In this document: positions 49,404 through 62,198 of the stretch, in pieces | Layout of the letters: each line of letters starts with the position of its first letter | Numbering within the stretch: position 1 is the first letter of the stretch | Assembly: GCA_030324005.1 (NCBI GenBank) | Contig: JARDVH010000193.1 | Location: 99,076,511 to 99,139,029, forward strand | Direction of reading: 5' to 3' | DNA from: Negaprion brevirostris | Lineage: Eukaryota | DNA length: 62,519 bases | The notes under the pieces: model-generated | Told to the model about the DNA's origin: nothing | Database searches by the model: none | Seen by the model: the letters and a program-made list of their open reading frames with translations, nothing else | Program-made: the position numbers and the translations under genes

Positions 49404-50416
49404 ACACTTTACCACATGCAATTTTGCATGGCCTCTACAGATGGCCCTTTCAGAAAAAGTTTGTTCCCTTCCTCATGCAATTCCTACCTCAGAAAAAGTT
49501 GCTGTTAACAATTAAAGTTCATTCTTCTAGCATGTGCACAAAGCTAATGAGCAAGACTTTCTCCCTCATTTGTAATGAAGGAGAGAACGTTCTGTTGTTA
49601 ATTTGTGCTCTACTCAGCACTGAACCGTAAAGAACATTCCATACACCTATTCTTTACATCACTAGAACTATTTGTTGGCAAGTGAAATTTACAATATATT
49701 GTCAAGGTACAGGATTGACACTCATTTTCAGATGGCATGACCTCTTGCTCAGTGTAAATATGTCATCCATTGTGCCAGAAAGGCTGAACCTGGGACAAAC
49801 ACAATGTGAGGAAACCTCTGCACCAGGTTCTGAAAAATGAATTGACATCCTCTGGGCATACTTGCATGTAATGCAATTCCATCCTACTCCCCACCATCCT
49901 TCCCATGTAAGAGAAAGTGTTCTGAAAGTAAAAATCATAAGCAAGGCTATGGAAATCCACTTTAGCTACTCAAAGGATTCACATCTGTGACTGAAGTTAG
50001 CATCTTCCATAGAGCAAAAGACAACGTAATATGAATAGAATCGGTTCCAGCACTACAACATTCACAGAGTGGCAAGATTTGGCAGGCAGCAAAAAACTGA
50101 ATGAGCTATTCATGAACAGACTTCAGCAGTAGGAAAGAAAGGTCTAGAGCTAGATATATGCCCATGTATACTGAAATACATGTCGATTTCCATGTATTTA
50201 TAGTGTAACTTTTCTCAAACTTTCATAATACATTTCTCACTTTGCTATTGGAACTGTTTTACAAATTCATACATCTACATGGTTATTCCAAAATTGTAAA
50301 ACAGAAAATGATATGAAAGAATGCAATTTAATCTTGCCCATTCTATCATAATGGTTTGGGTAAATTTGGGTAAATTGCACCTTCAATCAACAAATAATTG
50401 TTCTGGGAATACATAG

Positions 50417-51126
50417 GTTGGAATTTTTGTGCTAAGTGCTGGCCGAGGTGAGAAAACCATTGTGGTAGTCAGGGAGGAGGGAGGTACAATCTGGTGTTAG
50501 TCTGGGTGTGGGAGCATAGTTGAGGGAGCGAGAGGGTAGTCAGTGGGATGGGAGGCAGTCAGGGGTTCAGAAGGGTGTTTGAGGTTGGGAGGGCATGAGT
50601 GGAGCTGTGAGATCAGGTGGATGGGGTAATGGTGTTAGTCTGGGGTTCAGCAGGAAAATAGGGGCAGCGAACTGGTGGTCAGAGNNNNNNNNNNAAGTAG
50701 TCAGGGGCTTGAGAGAGTGGTTGCTGTAGAGAATTTAGTCAGGCCCAATAAAGACCATTGAGGCAGTCAAGGAGTACTCCAGGTTGGGGCAGCCATGTGT
50801 TTAGGAGAATGGTCGGGGTAGGGAGGGTAATCAGGGGAAAAGTAATGCTAGTTGAGGAGGTGCAGTCGGGTGGAGGGCAGTTACCCAGAATCTGGAAGTG
50901 GATTTAATCCTTTTAAATTTTCCTGGGTAACTAATATGCTAAGGGAGTTTGAACAATCTGAAATTCCAGCTTAAATCAGAAGATCAGATGGTTCCCGGAG
51001 CAGGGTAATTGCTTAGTCGGAAGTTTAAACTTTATGGACAATTCCTGTGCGGTCCTTGCATGTGGACCTCCACAGGTCTCCAGCACATCTGGGGCACAAC
51101 TATCTGAGGAAGTAAAGTTCTGGGCC
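50417..51126. repeat. Unclassified interspersed repeat with G-rich degenerate tract
   Basis: Recurrent (g)tagtcagggg-like units at 50460-50880. 50881-50972 is homologous to the reverse complement of 14760-14855. Confidence 0.5.
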
Positions 51127-51970
51127 ATTATAATGTGCATTTCCTCTAGTACATATCCCATGAAAAGTATAGAAGAATGAGAATGGACAATTGGAATTGC
51201 AATATTCTCCTTTTCCACGTAAAATAAATCTGTAATTATAAGTGCAGAATTTTTATGCACCCTAATGCACAACGTTCATTGTCAAAAGTTAATTGTGGTG
51301 GTGCGAATGGAGGACGCAAGGCTGAAAGTTTGCCTAGGGTGCCTATTACTCTTGCACCAGCCCTGAAAATATAAAGCTGAACTGAGCCAGCGCACAATTA
51401 TTTTGACCCTGAGTCAGGCCTGAGTGAGTGTGCTTTTCAATGATTTGTATCCCATCCTGTCTTTATGTACTAGCTGTTGCTTAGTCTGATTGCATCTCAA
51501 TCTACTTCCAATATGTGCAGTTAAAATTAAATCAAATACCATTTTTGTAGGTTTTAGGTAATAGAAAAATCAAATGGCAAAGTGCAGTACTAGAAAACGT
51601 CATTATTTAGTCCTCTAACCTACATTTCAATTTATTACATTGCGCAATTCTTCCTTTAATGCCCACCCAATTGAAATCTATTGTTTTTGCTGCTGTATTA
51701 CTGTTCCAATCTGGCACCTTGAAGTGATAGATTTCAGTTCATCATTAAACGTCAATGATGTGTTCCTCAAGTCATTTAATTGCTCCTTTTCATAATTTGC
51801 AAGATTTAAACATTTTATCTGGAAATTTTCCCAATGCGTTAATCTATGGTATGCAATTGCATCACAAAGTTCAAACTGTTGCAAGATATTTTAAGCACAT
51901 CAATAAGCAGGGTTCCATTTGCTTTTGTTTTTGAACCAGAGTTCAGACTTTGCACGTAGAGGTTTCTTGA

Positions 51971-52287
51971 ATAGAATTATAGAATTGCTACAGTGCAGTA
52001 GGAGACCATTCAGCCCATCAAGTCTGCACCGATCACAATCCCACCCAGGCCCTATCCCCATAATTCCATGCATTTACCCTAGCTAGTCCCCCAACACTAT
52101 GGGGCAATTTAGCATGGCCAGTGCACCTAACCTGTACATTTTTGGACTGTGAGAGGAAACTAGAGCACCTGGAGGAAACCCACGCAGACAAGGGAAAACT
52201 TCACACAGTCAGTGACTGAGGTCAGAATTGAACCCGGTCCCTGGTGCTGTGAGCCAATGGTGCTAACCACTGTGCCACCATGCTGCC
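51971..52287 (-). mobile_element. HE1 V-SINE, full length
   Basis: From atagaattatagaattgctacagtgcag to gctaaccactgtgccaccatgctgcc. Confidence 0.95.
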
Positions 52288-52555
52288 TGTGCATAAAGAG
52301 ATCCCCAAGACTTGGTCCCAATGTGATACACAAAATAAATTGACTAAATTCCCAGTAGAATTTAACTTTATTACTCTAAAGTGATGAGGTTCCAGTGAAA
52401 AACAAATCCCGCAGTCAGCTGTCCCAAGCAGACAATGTAGCCAAATGTGGAATTAAAGTACACTCACGGTCAAAGAAACACAAAGAACTTTAAAAACTTG
52501 GGCCCCCTCATTTTCAATAATCCCAGCATTAAAACAGTGAAATATCAGTTACCAA

Positions 52556-52882
52556 ATTTTTTTTTTTTATTCATTCGTGGGACATGAGTGTTTCTGGCTG
52601 GCCAGCATTAATTGTCCATCTCTTATTGCCCTTGGTGTATCTCTGGAGTCACATGCAGGCCAGACCAGTTAAAGGTGGCAGATTTTCTTCCTTAAAGTGA
52701 ACCAGATGTTTCTTTCTAATGTTTGAAAATGGTTTCATGGTCATCAGTAGATCCTTAATTCTGGATATGTTGCACTGAATTCAAATTCCACCTGTGACAG
52801 GATTTGAACCCAGGCCCCCAGAACATAAACTGAGTTTTGGGATTAATAGCCAGTGATTACACCACTAAGCCATTGCTTTCCC
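52556..52882 (-). mobile_element. tRNA-derived SINE, second family, with CR1/L2-group tail
   Basis: Minus strand: A box atggcttagtggt, B box ggttcaaatcc, tail aatgctggccagccagaaacactcatgtcccacgaatgaat(A)n shared with the LINE ends at 44137 and 45340. Confidence 0.8.
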
Positions 52883-53044
52883 CAGAATGATATCTTTTGA
52901 GTTGTTAAATATGCTGCAAACTGATTAAGATGTTGTAGAGTGACTATGTGCCATTCTTCGTCAAAGGCCTCAGTCTTGTAACTGTATCAAGCCTTAACTT
53001 AAAATCAAAACTACTGGGATGGTGATAAGATCAGCTTTAAAATT

Positions 53045-53365
53045 ATAGAATCACTACAGTGCAGAAGAAGGCCATTTGGCCCATTGAGCCTGCAGTGACA
53101 GTAATCCCACCCAGGGTCTATCTCCTTAACCATACGTATTTACTTCGCTAATTCCCCCTAACATAAAGGGTCAGTTTAGCATGGCCAATCCACCTATTCT
53201 ATATATCTTTGGAGTGTGGGAGGAAACCAGAGCACCCAGAGGAAACCCATGCAGATACGGGAAGAAAGTGCAAACTCCACTCAGACAGTCACTTGTGGTC
53301 GGAATTGAACTCAGGTCCCTATATTGTGAGGCAGCAGTAGTAACTGCTGTGCCATTGTGCTGCCC
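53045..53365 (-). mobile_element. HE1 V-SINE, full length
   Basis: From atagaatcactacagtgcagaagaaggcc to gccattgtgctgccc. Confidence 0.95.
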
Positions 53366-53366
53366 T

Positions 53367-53626
53367 AGAAGGAAACCATTCAAGCCTGCACTGACAACAA
53401 TCCTAATCTCAGCAATCCCACATATTTATCCTGCTAATCTCCCTAACACTCAGAGGCAATTCAGCATGGCCAATCAACCTGACCCGCAAATCTTTGGAGT
53501 GTGGAGAAAACTGAAACACCCAGAGGAAACACAGACATGGGGAGATTGTGCAAACTCCACATAGACAGTCACCCGAGTACAGAATTGAATCCAGGTCTCT
53601 AGCGCTGTGAGGCAGCTTTGACTAAC
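53367..53626 (-). mobile_element. HE1 V-SINE, truncated, directly abutting previous copy
   Basis: agaaggaaaccattc…agcatggccaatcaacctgacccgcaaatctttgg…gcgctgtgaggcagc. Confidence 0.9.
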
Positions 53627-54546
53627 ATGCACATTTATCTCTCTAAACTCTGTTCAATGTGTGCCTGATGTGTGTTTAACTCACTCTTGATGGTTTCCTA
53701 ATTTCTTTTTGGGAGGGATTTCAAACTGGGTTGAGTTTCACTCTCCTACATTGAAATGAGCACCACAATGTCACGATGCCAACGTAATTATTAATTCTGA
53801 ACAGCCTAACTGGAGAGACACTTTGGCTGAAGCACGTGTATTTTTAACAGGTACAAATTGCAGTGAATATCCAGTAGGTTTAATGCTGAAATGGAGGACA
53901 GGAAGCTAATTAAACACAAGGTGAGTGCAAGTACTGTAATTAGCAAGAGACCCTCAACCCCAGCATCAAACCCTTAACCCTTTCAGCACTGAGAGACATT
54001 TTTGGCTCAAAACTCTCATCCTTTCATTTTCGTCGCACCTGCACTTCATTGCTGGTATGATAAAGTAGAAGTGGAATGTGCTATTAACATAACATCACTT
54101 TGGGAGTATTCTGTGAGCTGAAGTCTGGTTCCCTGAGTATCATTTACCCTGAAGTACCTTAAGTGCTTGTGTGACCCAGATAGTGTCAGTTGGCAGTTTC
54201 ACTGGTGAGGTATTACGGCCAAATCTATTCCTACTTTTGCATATTCACATGATGCAACTTGCAGTAGAAATCACATAGAAGATGAGCAAAAGAAAGAAAA
54301 AATTACTCTGCAGCCCATCAGCATTCTGGTCGATTGTAAAGTTCTGCACTATTGATGCAGCTCAGATTTGCAAAATCGGCTAAAAGTGCTGATGTAACTC
54401 AAACATTTCTTGGTCAATATGGTTCAGTTATTGATTAAGCAATTCCTTCAGTCATCAGGGGAGGCCTATGTAAGGTGTAGTAAAGTGATGGATCGACGAA
54501 GGCCAGATCCATATGGTGACAGTTGCCTCATAGATGCTGTTCCTCA

Positions 54547-54611
54547 ACACCGCCATTCTCCAAGGCGGCCTTCACGACACACGACAGCGCAGAGTCGCTG
54601 AACAGAGACTG
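54547..54611 (+). mobile_element. Penelope-like element, GIY-YIG C-terminal fragment (young, runs into gap)
   Basis: Encodes AILQGGLHDTRQRRVAEQRL, the GIY-YIG C-terminal helix with the conserved Glu. CpG-rich. Confidence 0.7.
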
Positions 54612-55337
54612 NNNNNNNNNNNNNNNNNNNNNNNNNNNNNNNNNNNNNNNNNNNNNNNNNNNNNNNNNNNNNNNNNNNNNNNNNNNNNNNNNNNNNNNNN
54701 NNNNNNNNNNNNNNNNNNNNNNNNNNNNNNNNNNNNNNNNNNNNNNNNNNNNNNNNNNNNNNNNNNNNNNNNNNNNNNNNNNNNNNNNNNNNNNNNNNNN
54801 NNNNNNNNNNNNNNNNNNNNNNNNNNNNNNNNNNNNNNNNNNNNNNNNNNNNNNNNNNNNNNNNNNNNNNNNNNNNNNNNNNNNNNNNNNNNNNNNNNNN
54901 NNNNNNNNNNNNNNNNNNNNNNNNNNNNNNNNNNNNNNNNNNNNNNNNNNNNNNNNNNNNNNNNNNNNNNNNNNNNNNNNNNNNNNNNNNNNNNNNNNNN
55001 NNNNNNNNNNNNNNNNNNNNNNNNNNNNNNNNNNNNNNNNNNNNNNNNNNNNNNNNNNNNNNNNNNNNNNNNNNNNNNNNNNNNNNNNNNNNNNNNNNNN
55101 NNNNNNNNNNNNNNNNNNNNNNNNNNNNNNNNNNNNNNNNNNNNNNNNNNNNNNNNNNNNNNNNNNNNNNNNNNNNNNNNNNNNNNNNNNNNNNNNNNNN
55201 NNNNNNNNNNNNNNNNNNNNNNNNNNNNNNNNNNNNNNNNNNNNNNNNNNNNNNNNNNNNNNNNNNNNNNNNNNNNNNNNNNNNNNNNNNNNNNNNNNNN
55301 NNNNNNNNNNNNNNNNNNNNNNNNNNNNNNNNNNNNN

Positions 55338-55395
55338 AGTGCAGGCTCAATGGGCTGAATGACCTCTTGCTGCATTGAGATTCTATGATTCCATG
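55338..55395 (+). mobile_element. HE1/CR1 3' tail emerging from gap
   Basis: gtgcaggctcaatgggctgaatgacctcttgctgcattgagattctatgattccatga. Confidence 0.8.
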
Positions 55396-55409
55396 AAATG
55401 ACTTTACTT

Positions 55410-55640
55410 AAAGTGTTGTGAATCTTTAAAATTCTCTAACTCAGTGGAATGCCCCAGTGTTGAGTATATCCCAAGCTGAGGGAGACAAATTTTTAATCAC
55501 TCAAAGAATCGAGGCAGATGAGGAGTGAGCAGGAAATTGGAGTTGAGGCAGAAGATCAACCCTAATTGTATTGATTGATGGAGCAGGTTTGAGAGGCCAC
55601 ATATCCATTTCTGCTCTTATTTTTCATGGTCATATGTTCT
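55410..55640 (+). mobile_element. Old CR1 3' UTR fragment
   Basis: gttgtgaatctttaaaattctcta…aagctgagggagacaaattttt…gatggagcaggtttgagaggcc…tctgctcttatttttcatgg. Confidence 0.7.
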
Positions 55641-55644
55641 TAAC

Positions 55645-55870
55645 AATCAAGCTGCACACAGCTAGATCACAGCAACAGCAAGTGATATGAAATGACCAAT
55701 TAGTCATTTTTTGGATATTAATGTTGTAATGTTGGCCAGGACATTGGGGGAATACTCTAATTTTATTGAAATAAGATATCAGTGGCTCTTTCCTGTCCAC
55801 ATTGGCCAGTTTAACTTTTCATTTGAAAAACAGAATCTCTGAACACCCTCTCAGTATTGTGCTAAAGAAA
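55645..55870 (-). mobile_element. Deu-domain SINE fragment
   Basis: tgcacacagctagatcacagcaacagcaa…aatgacca…tgttggccaggacattggggg…gtttaacttttcatttgaaaaacag…ccctctcagtattg, inverted homolog of 37200-37550. Confidence 0.65.
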
Positions 55871-56262
55871 TGCAGAAGGAGTTTTTTTTTAGAAAATAAA
55901 TAAACGGAGTACTTTCAGTGGCCTACTCAGTGAATATACATGCAATAGAAGGATGGAGATCAAAATGATGCCAGATTCAATGTTGCATTGTGGTGAATTT
56001 GTTGATCTTAGCTTCAGTAGTGTTAGTGCAGATTTTTCATAATTGAAAAATTGTAAAGTACTTCAAACAATATTACTGTTTAGGCATCAGTCTTCCTCCG
56101 TTCGTAAAAAAGATTAAAAATGGTTAAGGTTGCCAGTTCTGACCTTGTCAGGTGATTGTTATTCAAATGTCAGTGCATCAAATGATAGGACCTGGATCAA
56201 CTGTGATGCACGCCCTTCTCATTTAACACATACTCGGTGGTCAAATGACCAGCCAAAACTCG

Positions 56263-56389
56263 GGGAGGAATTTTACCGGCACATCCACCCAAGTTTTGCA
56301 CGATCCTGCTCAAGGCCAACAGAGATTGCTGTTCTCCGAGCCAAGCCCACCCCCGGAATCGGGGCTGCCATCTCGGTAAAATTCCGGCC
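56263..56389. mobile_element. PIF/Harbinger-type MITE
   Basis: TIRs gggaggaattttaccg / cggtaaaattccggcc (14/16), flanks tcg/tca. Confidence 0.8.
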
Positions 56390-56689
56390 TCACTGTCCAC
56401 TTTTATGGACAGGTGTAATTCTAACCTTCCTGTTATGCAATGGAATGTTACCTCTTCACTAGGAATTCCAACCAAATGCACTTGCAATTATTTACATTTG
56501 GTAGGTAGTTTAGAAGAAGAAAAATATGTTACGTCTTTGTGCAGCATCACTTAGAAAGCACATTTTATATAGGTTCCCTATGATTATCACACAATAAAGC
56601 TTTAGATAAGAGATGGATAACTTCAATTTCTTTTTGCAATTTTCAGCAGTTAGGTGAGGTAAGTTGTTGTTTGAAGCTTGCAAAGAATA

Positions 56690-57162
56690 ATACCTTCTTC
56701 AGGTCAGTGGAGACCTACACAAGGCAGTCGGGAGCTAAGAAATACTTATAAATCAAGCCCGGGGATAGCAGTGTGGCCTGAGTCAGTGTGGAGGTGTGGG
56801 AAAGAGTTGGGAGATGAGAGCTGCAGTCTTACACCATTTCCGCTGCTGCGAGGCTGCACAGGGGAAAAGCTGTGCAATCGCAGGAAACTATTGAGTTGAT
56901 TAGCTGCTAAATGTTCAATGTAAAAAGTTGTGGCATTTGGAATAAAGGGAAATTGGGGCCAGTATAACATGGTATTATAAGTAATCCGAAGTAGGATAAA
57001 GTTAATGTAAGGGAAGCAAAGTTAAGACATGGCAGGGCAGCACAGTTGATGGAATATGTATCCTGTAATTTGTGTGAAGTCACGGAAGCTACTGGTGTCT
57101 GAAACGACCATATGTGCAGGAAGTGCTGCCAGCAAAAGAAACTTGAGCTCTGGATTTCGGGG
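56690..57162 (+). mobile_element. CR1 5' end: 5' UTR and start of ORF1 (Cys-rich zinc finger)
   Basis: ATG at 57029 (MAGQHS) then, after a frameshift, EYVSCNLCEVTEATGV*NDHMCRKCCQQKKLELWIS, resembling the CR1 ORF1 C..C.MW…C.KC…LE..I zinc-finger/zipper start. Confidence 0.65.
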
Positions 57163-57516
57163 ATCCCTTTTGATCTCAGTTGAATTGGTTCCCAGCTCTG
57201 ATGGTGCAAACCTCACGCATTTGTTTCTTTGTGGTTAAAGGGACAAGATCTGGAGAGAAAACAGGCCAGTGGAGCTGGACAGTTCCACACCAGTTTTCTG
57301 ACCGGAACTGTTACTTAGCCAAATTCTCAGTATTGTTGTTATGTGGGAAAATATGCAAAACAAGATTTGCACAGAAAGATCCCACAAACAGCAAATGTAG
57401 CCAGTAGCATAAGTAAAATCTGTTATTTATCCCTCCACAGCAACAAGTCTACAAGAGGAAACCCAAATAATTTTTCTGTCCTATCTCACTGAAATGAATT
57501 GAAACGAGCTTGCCTA

Positions 57517-57869
57517 TCATAGAATCCTACAGTGCAGAAGGAGGCCATTTGGCCCATCCAGTCTGCATTGACCACAATCCCACACGGGCTCTATCCCCAT
57601 AACCCCATGCATTTACCCGAGCTAATCCCCATGACACAAAGGGGCAATTTAGCATGGCCAATCCACCTAACTGACAGAGTTTTNNNNNNNNNNNNNNNNN
57701 NNNNNNNNNNNNNNNNNNNNNNNNNNNNNNNNNNNNNNNNNNNNNNNNNNNNNNNNNNNNNNNNNNNNNNNNNNNNNNNNNNNGAGAGCACTCGGAGAAA
57801 TCCCATGCAGATATGAGGAGAATGTGTAAACTCTACGCAGACAATGACCCAAGCAGGGAATCAAGCCCG
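57517..57869 (-). mobile_element. HE1 V-SINE (contains gap, head truncated)
   Basis: catagaatcctacagtgcagaaggaggccatttggcccatcc…gcaatttagcatggccaatccacctaac. Confidence 0.9.
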
Positions 57870-58344
57870 ATAATACATGCAGCTCCATGCCTATATTGGC
57901 TAGGTTAGACAATGCGTTGAACTGTTTGCATAGAAGGGTACAGATCAGAGAGATCGTGAAGAGGTCATGAAGAGATCAAGAATTTTTAATCATGAAGTGG
58001 TACTATGTTAGCTATGTTGAGACAGGAGCATAGCAAGATATTGCACTTGACTTCAATGCCCCTTAGAAAGGGAAAATATCCAGTAATCAGTGTGCCCTGA
58101 TGAGAAGTTCATGAGAATGACCATGGGGATCAGGCTTGACCTCCCTTTATAGTCAAATACTTACTTAAGATTCACAGTCTGGGCTCACACGGGTTAGTTG
58201 TACAAAGTACCAGGTGCTGGCTAAAGCCCAAAAAACAGCAGCAGTGTTCATTACTCCAACCAAGTGTGCAGCCATGCATTTGAACATACAGTAAGATTCA
58301 AACCAGAAGGAATCTTAATTGAGGCATAGCTGAGCCTTCATAAA

Positions 58345-58465
58345 TTGACCTGGTGGATTTTAAATAATAACAGGAAGTGCTGGAATAACTCAGCGGGTCT
58401 GGCAGCATTTGTGGAAAGAGAAGCAGTTACTGTTTCAAGTCCCTATATAACTACTCTTGGAGCTC
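58345..58465 (-). mobile_element. Penelope-type repeat family B fragment
   Basis: aacaggaagtgctggaataactcagcgggtctggcagcatttgtggaaagagaagcagttactgtttcaagtcc. Confidence 0.7.
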
Positions 58466-61400
58466 AAAATTCATTTGCAATGTCATCACATGGAGGCACC
58501 TATAATACCTACCTACAGCAAATAGCTGGATAAATTCCCACCTTCAACATTTATTTGAAATCTCTTTGCAATAGATGATGGTGATTCAAATAAATAGAAT
58601 GTTACCAACAAAACTATAAGTTACCTTTATTTGGCAGCTATTTCAGGCAGAGTCAAGAGTGTGATCAGTTTCCTGCTACGCCCCTAGCTTTTGACTTGCC
58701 ATCATGGGGAAAATTTAACTGTCCATCCTACTCTATNNNNNNNNNNAACACCTGATAACCATACTATTGGAAGCTTTTCTAGCATTGGAAGCTGTAGATC
58801 AGTCTTCAGCTCAATTATCTCCTGACTAATTTATAGGAGAGGGACAGTGAAGAAGTGAGGAACCCATTCATTACAAAGTATAGACGGAGAAAGGTGAGAC
58901 ATGTTAGTGCTAGGGAATTAAATTTGTATCACCTCACATCTGTTGGCAGCCACTAACGTGTTCAGGAGCAGCATAGTATGGGTCAGATGTAACCATTCTC
59001 CATGTCTGCTTAACAAAGTGCCACAACAGTATTTGAAGCATAATGCAAGTCCTTCATATGGGTTTTCAGAATGAAATTGCAAATATCACCCCAGCATGTG
59101 TTTTAATGTAAGTTATTTAGAAATGCCTCCACTGACAAGAATATCCTCTTTCTGAGCTAGATTTTGTGAAATTCCTTCATACTGAGAGGTCCCACAGCCA
59201 GATGTCAGGGAACGCAGATCTTCATTCAGTCTACTCGCTCCACACGCCAAACAACAACTGCCCTCTCAAAGCAGTTCCCAGCCATCTCACCCAACAACCT
59301 GGGTCACATGACCTGTTCCCATATAGGGACAACACCCCAACATAAATAACAGATTTGAACTTGCCCCTTGAGGATGAATGGGCAACAGTCATATGTATTG
59401 AACAGGATCCCATAATCTCTGAACATAGCTGAGTCACAGATAACTACGTATAACTTCAGTCTTGATCAAAGTATTTTTAATATCCATTCTTCCTTCATCA
59501 ATCAAGTTGTTCGATCATTCTTCCGTGGGTGTTTCTATTATGAATTGTTACACATTAACATCTGAAGATCCCTGAATAATAAGAAGGGCATATAACAATT
59601 CAACAGATATTTATCAATTGATTCAGCGGTTACAGCATGAGTCTCCAATCATCAATTATCATATGAATTAACCAAACCTGACCCCTGTTGGGAATAAAGA
59701 ACAAGTTATCGACCTTGCCGGAAAAACTGGTCTTTTAGTTTCCCTGCTTATTCAAGTGGTATTCTGGGATCTGTCCCATTTTATTGATGGACTAGCTATG
59801 ATGGATAAAATCAATCCATGCATCTAACTAACCTATCAATCTAGTGGAAACTCATGCTTTAGTCTATAATGGTCCAGTTGTGAATCTGTATGTGTGCCTT
59901 AGCTGCTTGGTGGGGGTGTCCAAACATATTTTTGAATGGATTTCCAAGCTGGAGACTGCAGATCCCAATTGTGCTATGAGAACAATACATGAAGAATGCT
60001 TTACTGTCCCATATTTTGTCAAATTACTGGCAACAGTATAATGTATCTAGTAAGAAAAATATTTGCCGCAATATAAGACTGCAATATTGGATAATGTTTG
60101 GACATTAGAACAAGGGGTCTGGAATCGTGTCAGTTTTTGCAAGTGTAACACATACAAAGAGACTAGTCCATGTAGATTGCTACAGATAGACAACACAGAT
60201 AAGTCACACTGCTGACTGCGAATTGCACCCTGCCTTCAAGGAAGAGGCCTTGCACATTCGGGCTGCTGGATAGTTGGTTAAATTTTAAAGTTGGAAGTCC
60301 ACAGCAGCATGTGCTCTTCTTCATATATCATATACCCAGGCAGCTTACCAAACTTAGTGCTTCTTAAATTGAGTCCAGATGCTGACTCAAAGCTTTCCTG
60401 CAGAGATCATGAACCCCAGGCACAAAAGGTTGCTTCCTGGATGGAACCTCACACCATTTGCCTTCACTGTAGTAAAGAAGCCAAAGACAACTTGACTAGA
60501 TTATTTCACCATCATTTTGACATCTTTACACAGTCAGGCTACATCGTATAGGCACAATAGGAGTCATATTGCAGCATGGTATGCTTCCAAAGACAGAAGG
60601 ATTCTTCCACCATTCTGGAGACAGTCTTTGCTCTTGTTTCCAAGTGCAGTCAGGAAATTTCAATTTTTTTGCAATCGCAACTGTAGGTCTGAATTATTAT
60701 CCCTGAGTAAAGAGCCCGTAAGCCCTGTTGAGCTCAGAAACCTGCAGTAAAATAAAATGTGAGAACCTATTATGAGTATATTATTATTGTTTGATTAGAA
60801 GTATTTGCAAATCAAAGTTTGACATGTTCCTCTCTTTTACCACTGCTAGATTACCTCAGTTTCAAAACAGGTACTGACAATTCAATGTAGCCTACAGTGA
60901 GAATTTTTTTTTTAATTAGACTGTGTCATGAAATCACCAACAAGACATTATAATAAACATTTAATGCCTAGATCTCACCTGAGTAATTCATCAGTTCTTT
61001 AAAACATATCAGTGAACTCCATTACCGTTAGTCAACATTGAGTCAAAGGGTATAGAAACTCGTTAGAATGTTTTCTTCCCAAAGAGGAGGAGTGAGGAGT
61101 GAGATGTGGGTGTGGACGATGTGCAATGGGGATTAGGAAATGTGAAATCTTGAATGGTTTCTGATAGTTCCAGGCAACTTGAGCTAATTAAAAAAAGCGT
61201 TACGGATCTTTGGTGCGACTGTAATTCATGCTGTTAGTAGATCCACTGTCGTGTTGCTGAAATGCAGGAAGATATTGGTGTTTCTTGAGGACTGGAATCT
61301 GATGCCATGTAACATAAAATGGGTGGGATTTTCCAACCCTACTGATCCAGTGCAACAGATAAGCTACACGATGACATTTTGCTTTCATTTTCTTTCTCAC

Positions 61401-62198
61401 TTTCAAACTATTGCTATTTCTTTTCCTCACTCACTCTCATTTTCTTTCACCAACACCAGTTTTATTGTTGGTTAGAAAATTTACAACCTCAATCCTCTCA
61501 TGTAAGCTCCATATTTTGTTTCCATCCATGTCTGGTTTTTATTGAAACATATGCAATTATCCCTCAATCTTTCAGGTTTTCTTTGTATTGAAAATGCTGT
61601 CTGTGTCTGAATATGGCATGTGAAGCCAGTGTGTAGAGAAATGGGGCTTTACAGTGAGGTAAAACAACACTCTTTTCTTAGATTCACAAATAACAGGAGG
61701 ACAAATTCTGTTTGTCTTTCTCTGAGGTGACACATACGTGCTTCAATTCAGCAATGGGCAATAATTAAAATGTAATCACTACCGGAAGAAAAGTATGGAT
61801 TAGCTTATTTTCCAAGGTGTATAATCTTGGAATTATAAAAACGTAGAGATCAGAGGGAGGCTAATTGAGAGAAAGAAAATAATTTGAAATACATTGTCAC
61901 TTTTTTTATATCCCTAATATTATCGAGATAACCATTTTGGAATGGCGCCTTGAAACAGCGAGGCTACCCCTTTATGAAGATATCCTTTGCATGAATCTAA
62001 GTCCATTCTTTATCCTTTAAAAATTGCTGAATCTAAAATTGCATCACCCTAACTAATGGAATCTAATGTATGTTACATCATTATATAATGATAGAACGAC
62101 TAGCAATCCATAACAACCTATACAGTAGTATACGTACTGATGTCAAAAATCAAGAGTGATGGCAAGCAGAAGGATTATAAAAGGCTTAAAGACATTGA

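Noticed and set aside
51135-51364. hAT-like terminus (…tgcctagggtgcc…gcaccagccctg) with a faint transposase C-terminal resemblance upstream
   Set aside because: No matching opposite TIR or 8-bp TSD found, and the peptide similarity is too weak to call.
54523-55375. Long ORFs of 120-279 aa here and at 6455, 7485, 17619, 33887, 38892
   Set aside because: They are open only because they run through N gaps.
60380-60620. Faint minus-strand resemblance to Harbinger transposase N-terminus (FFTT…GSIQ)
   Set aside because: Needs multiple indels to align and is not supportable without a profile search.
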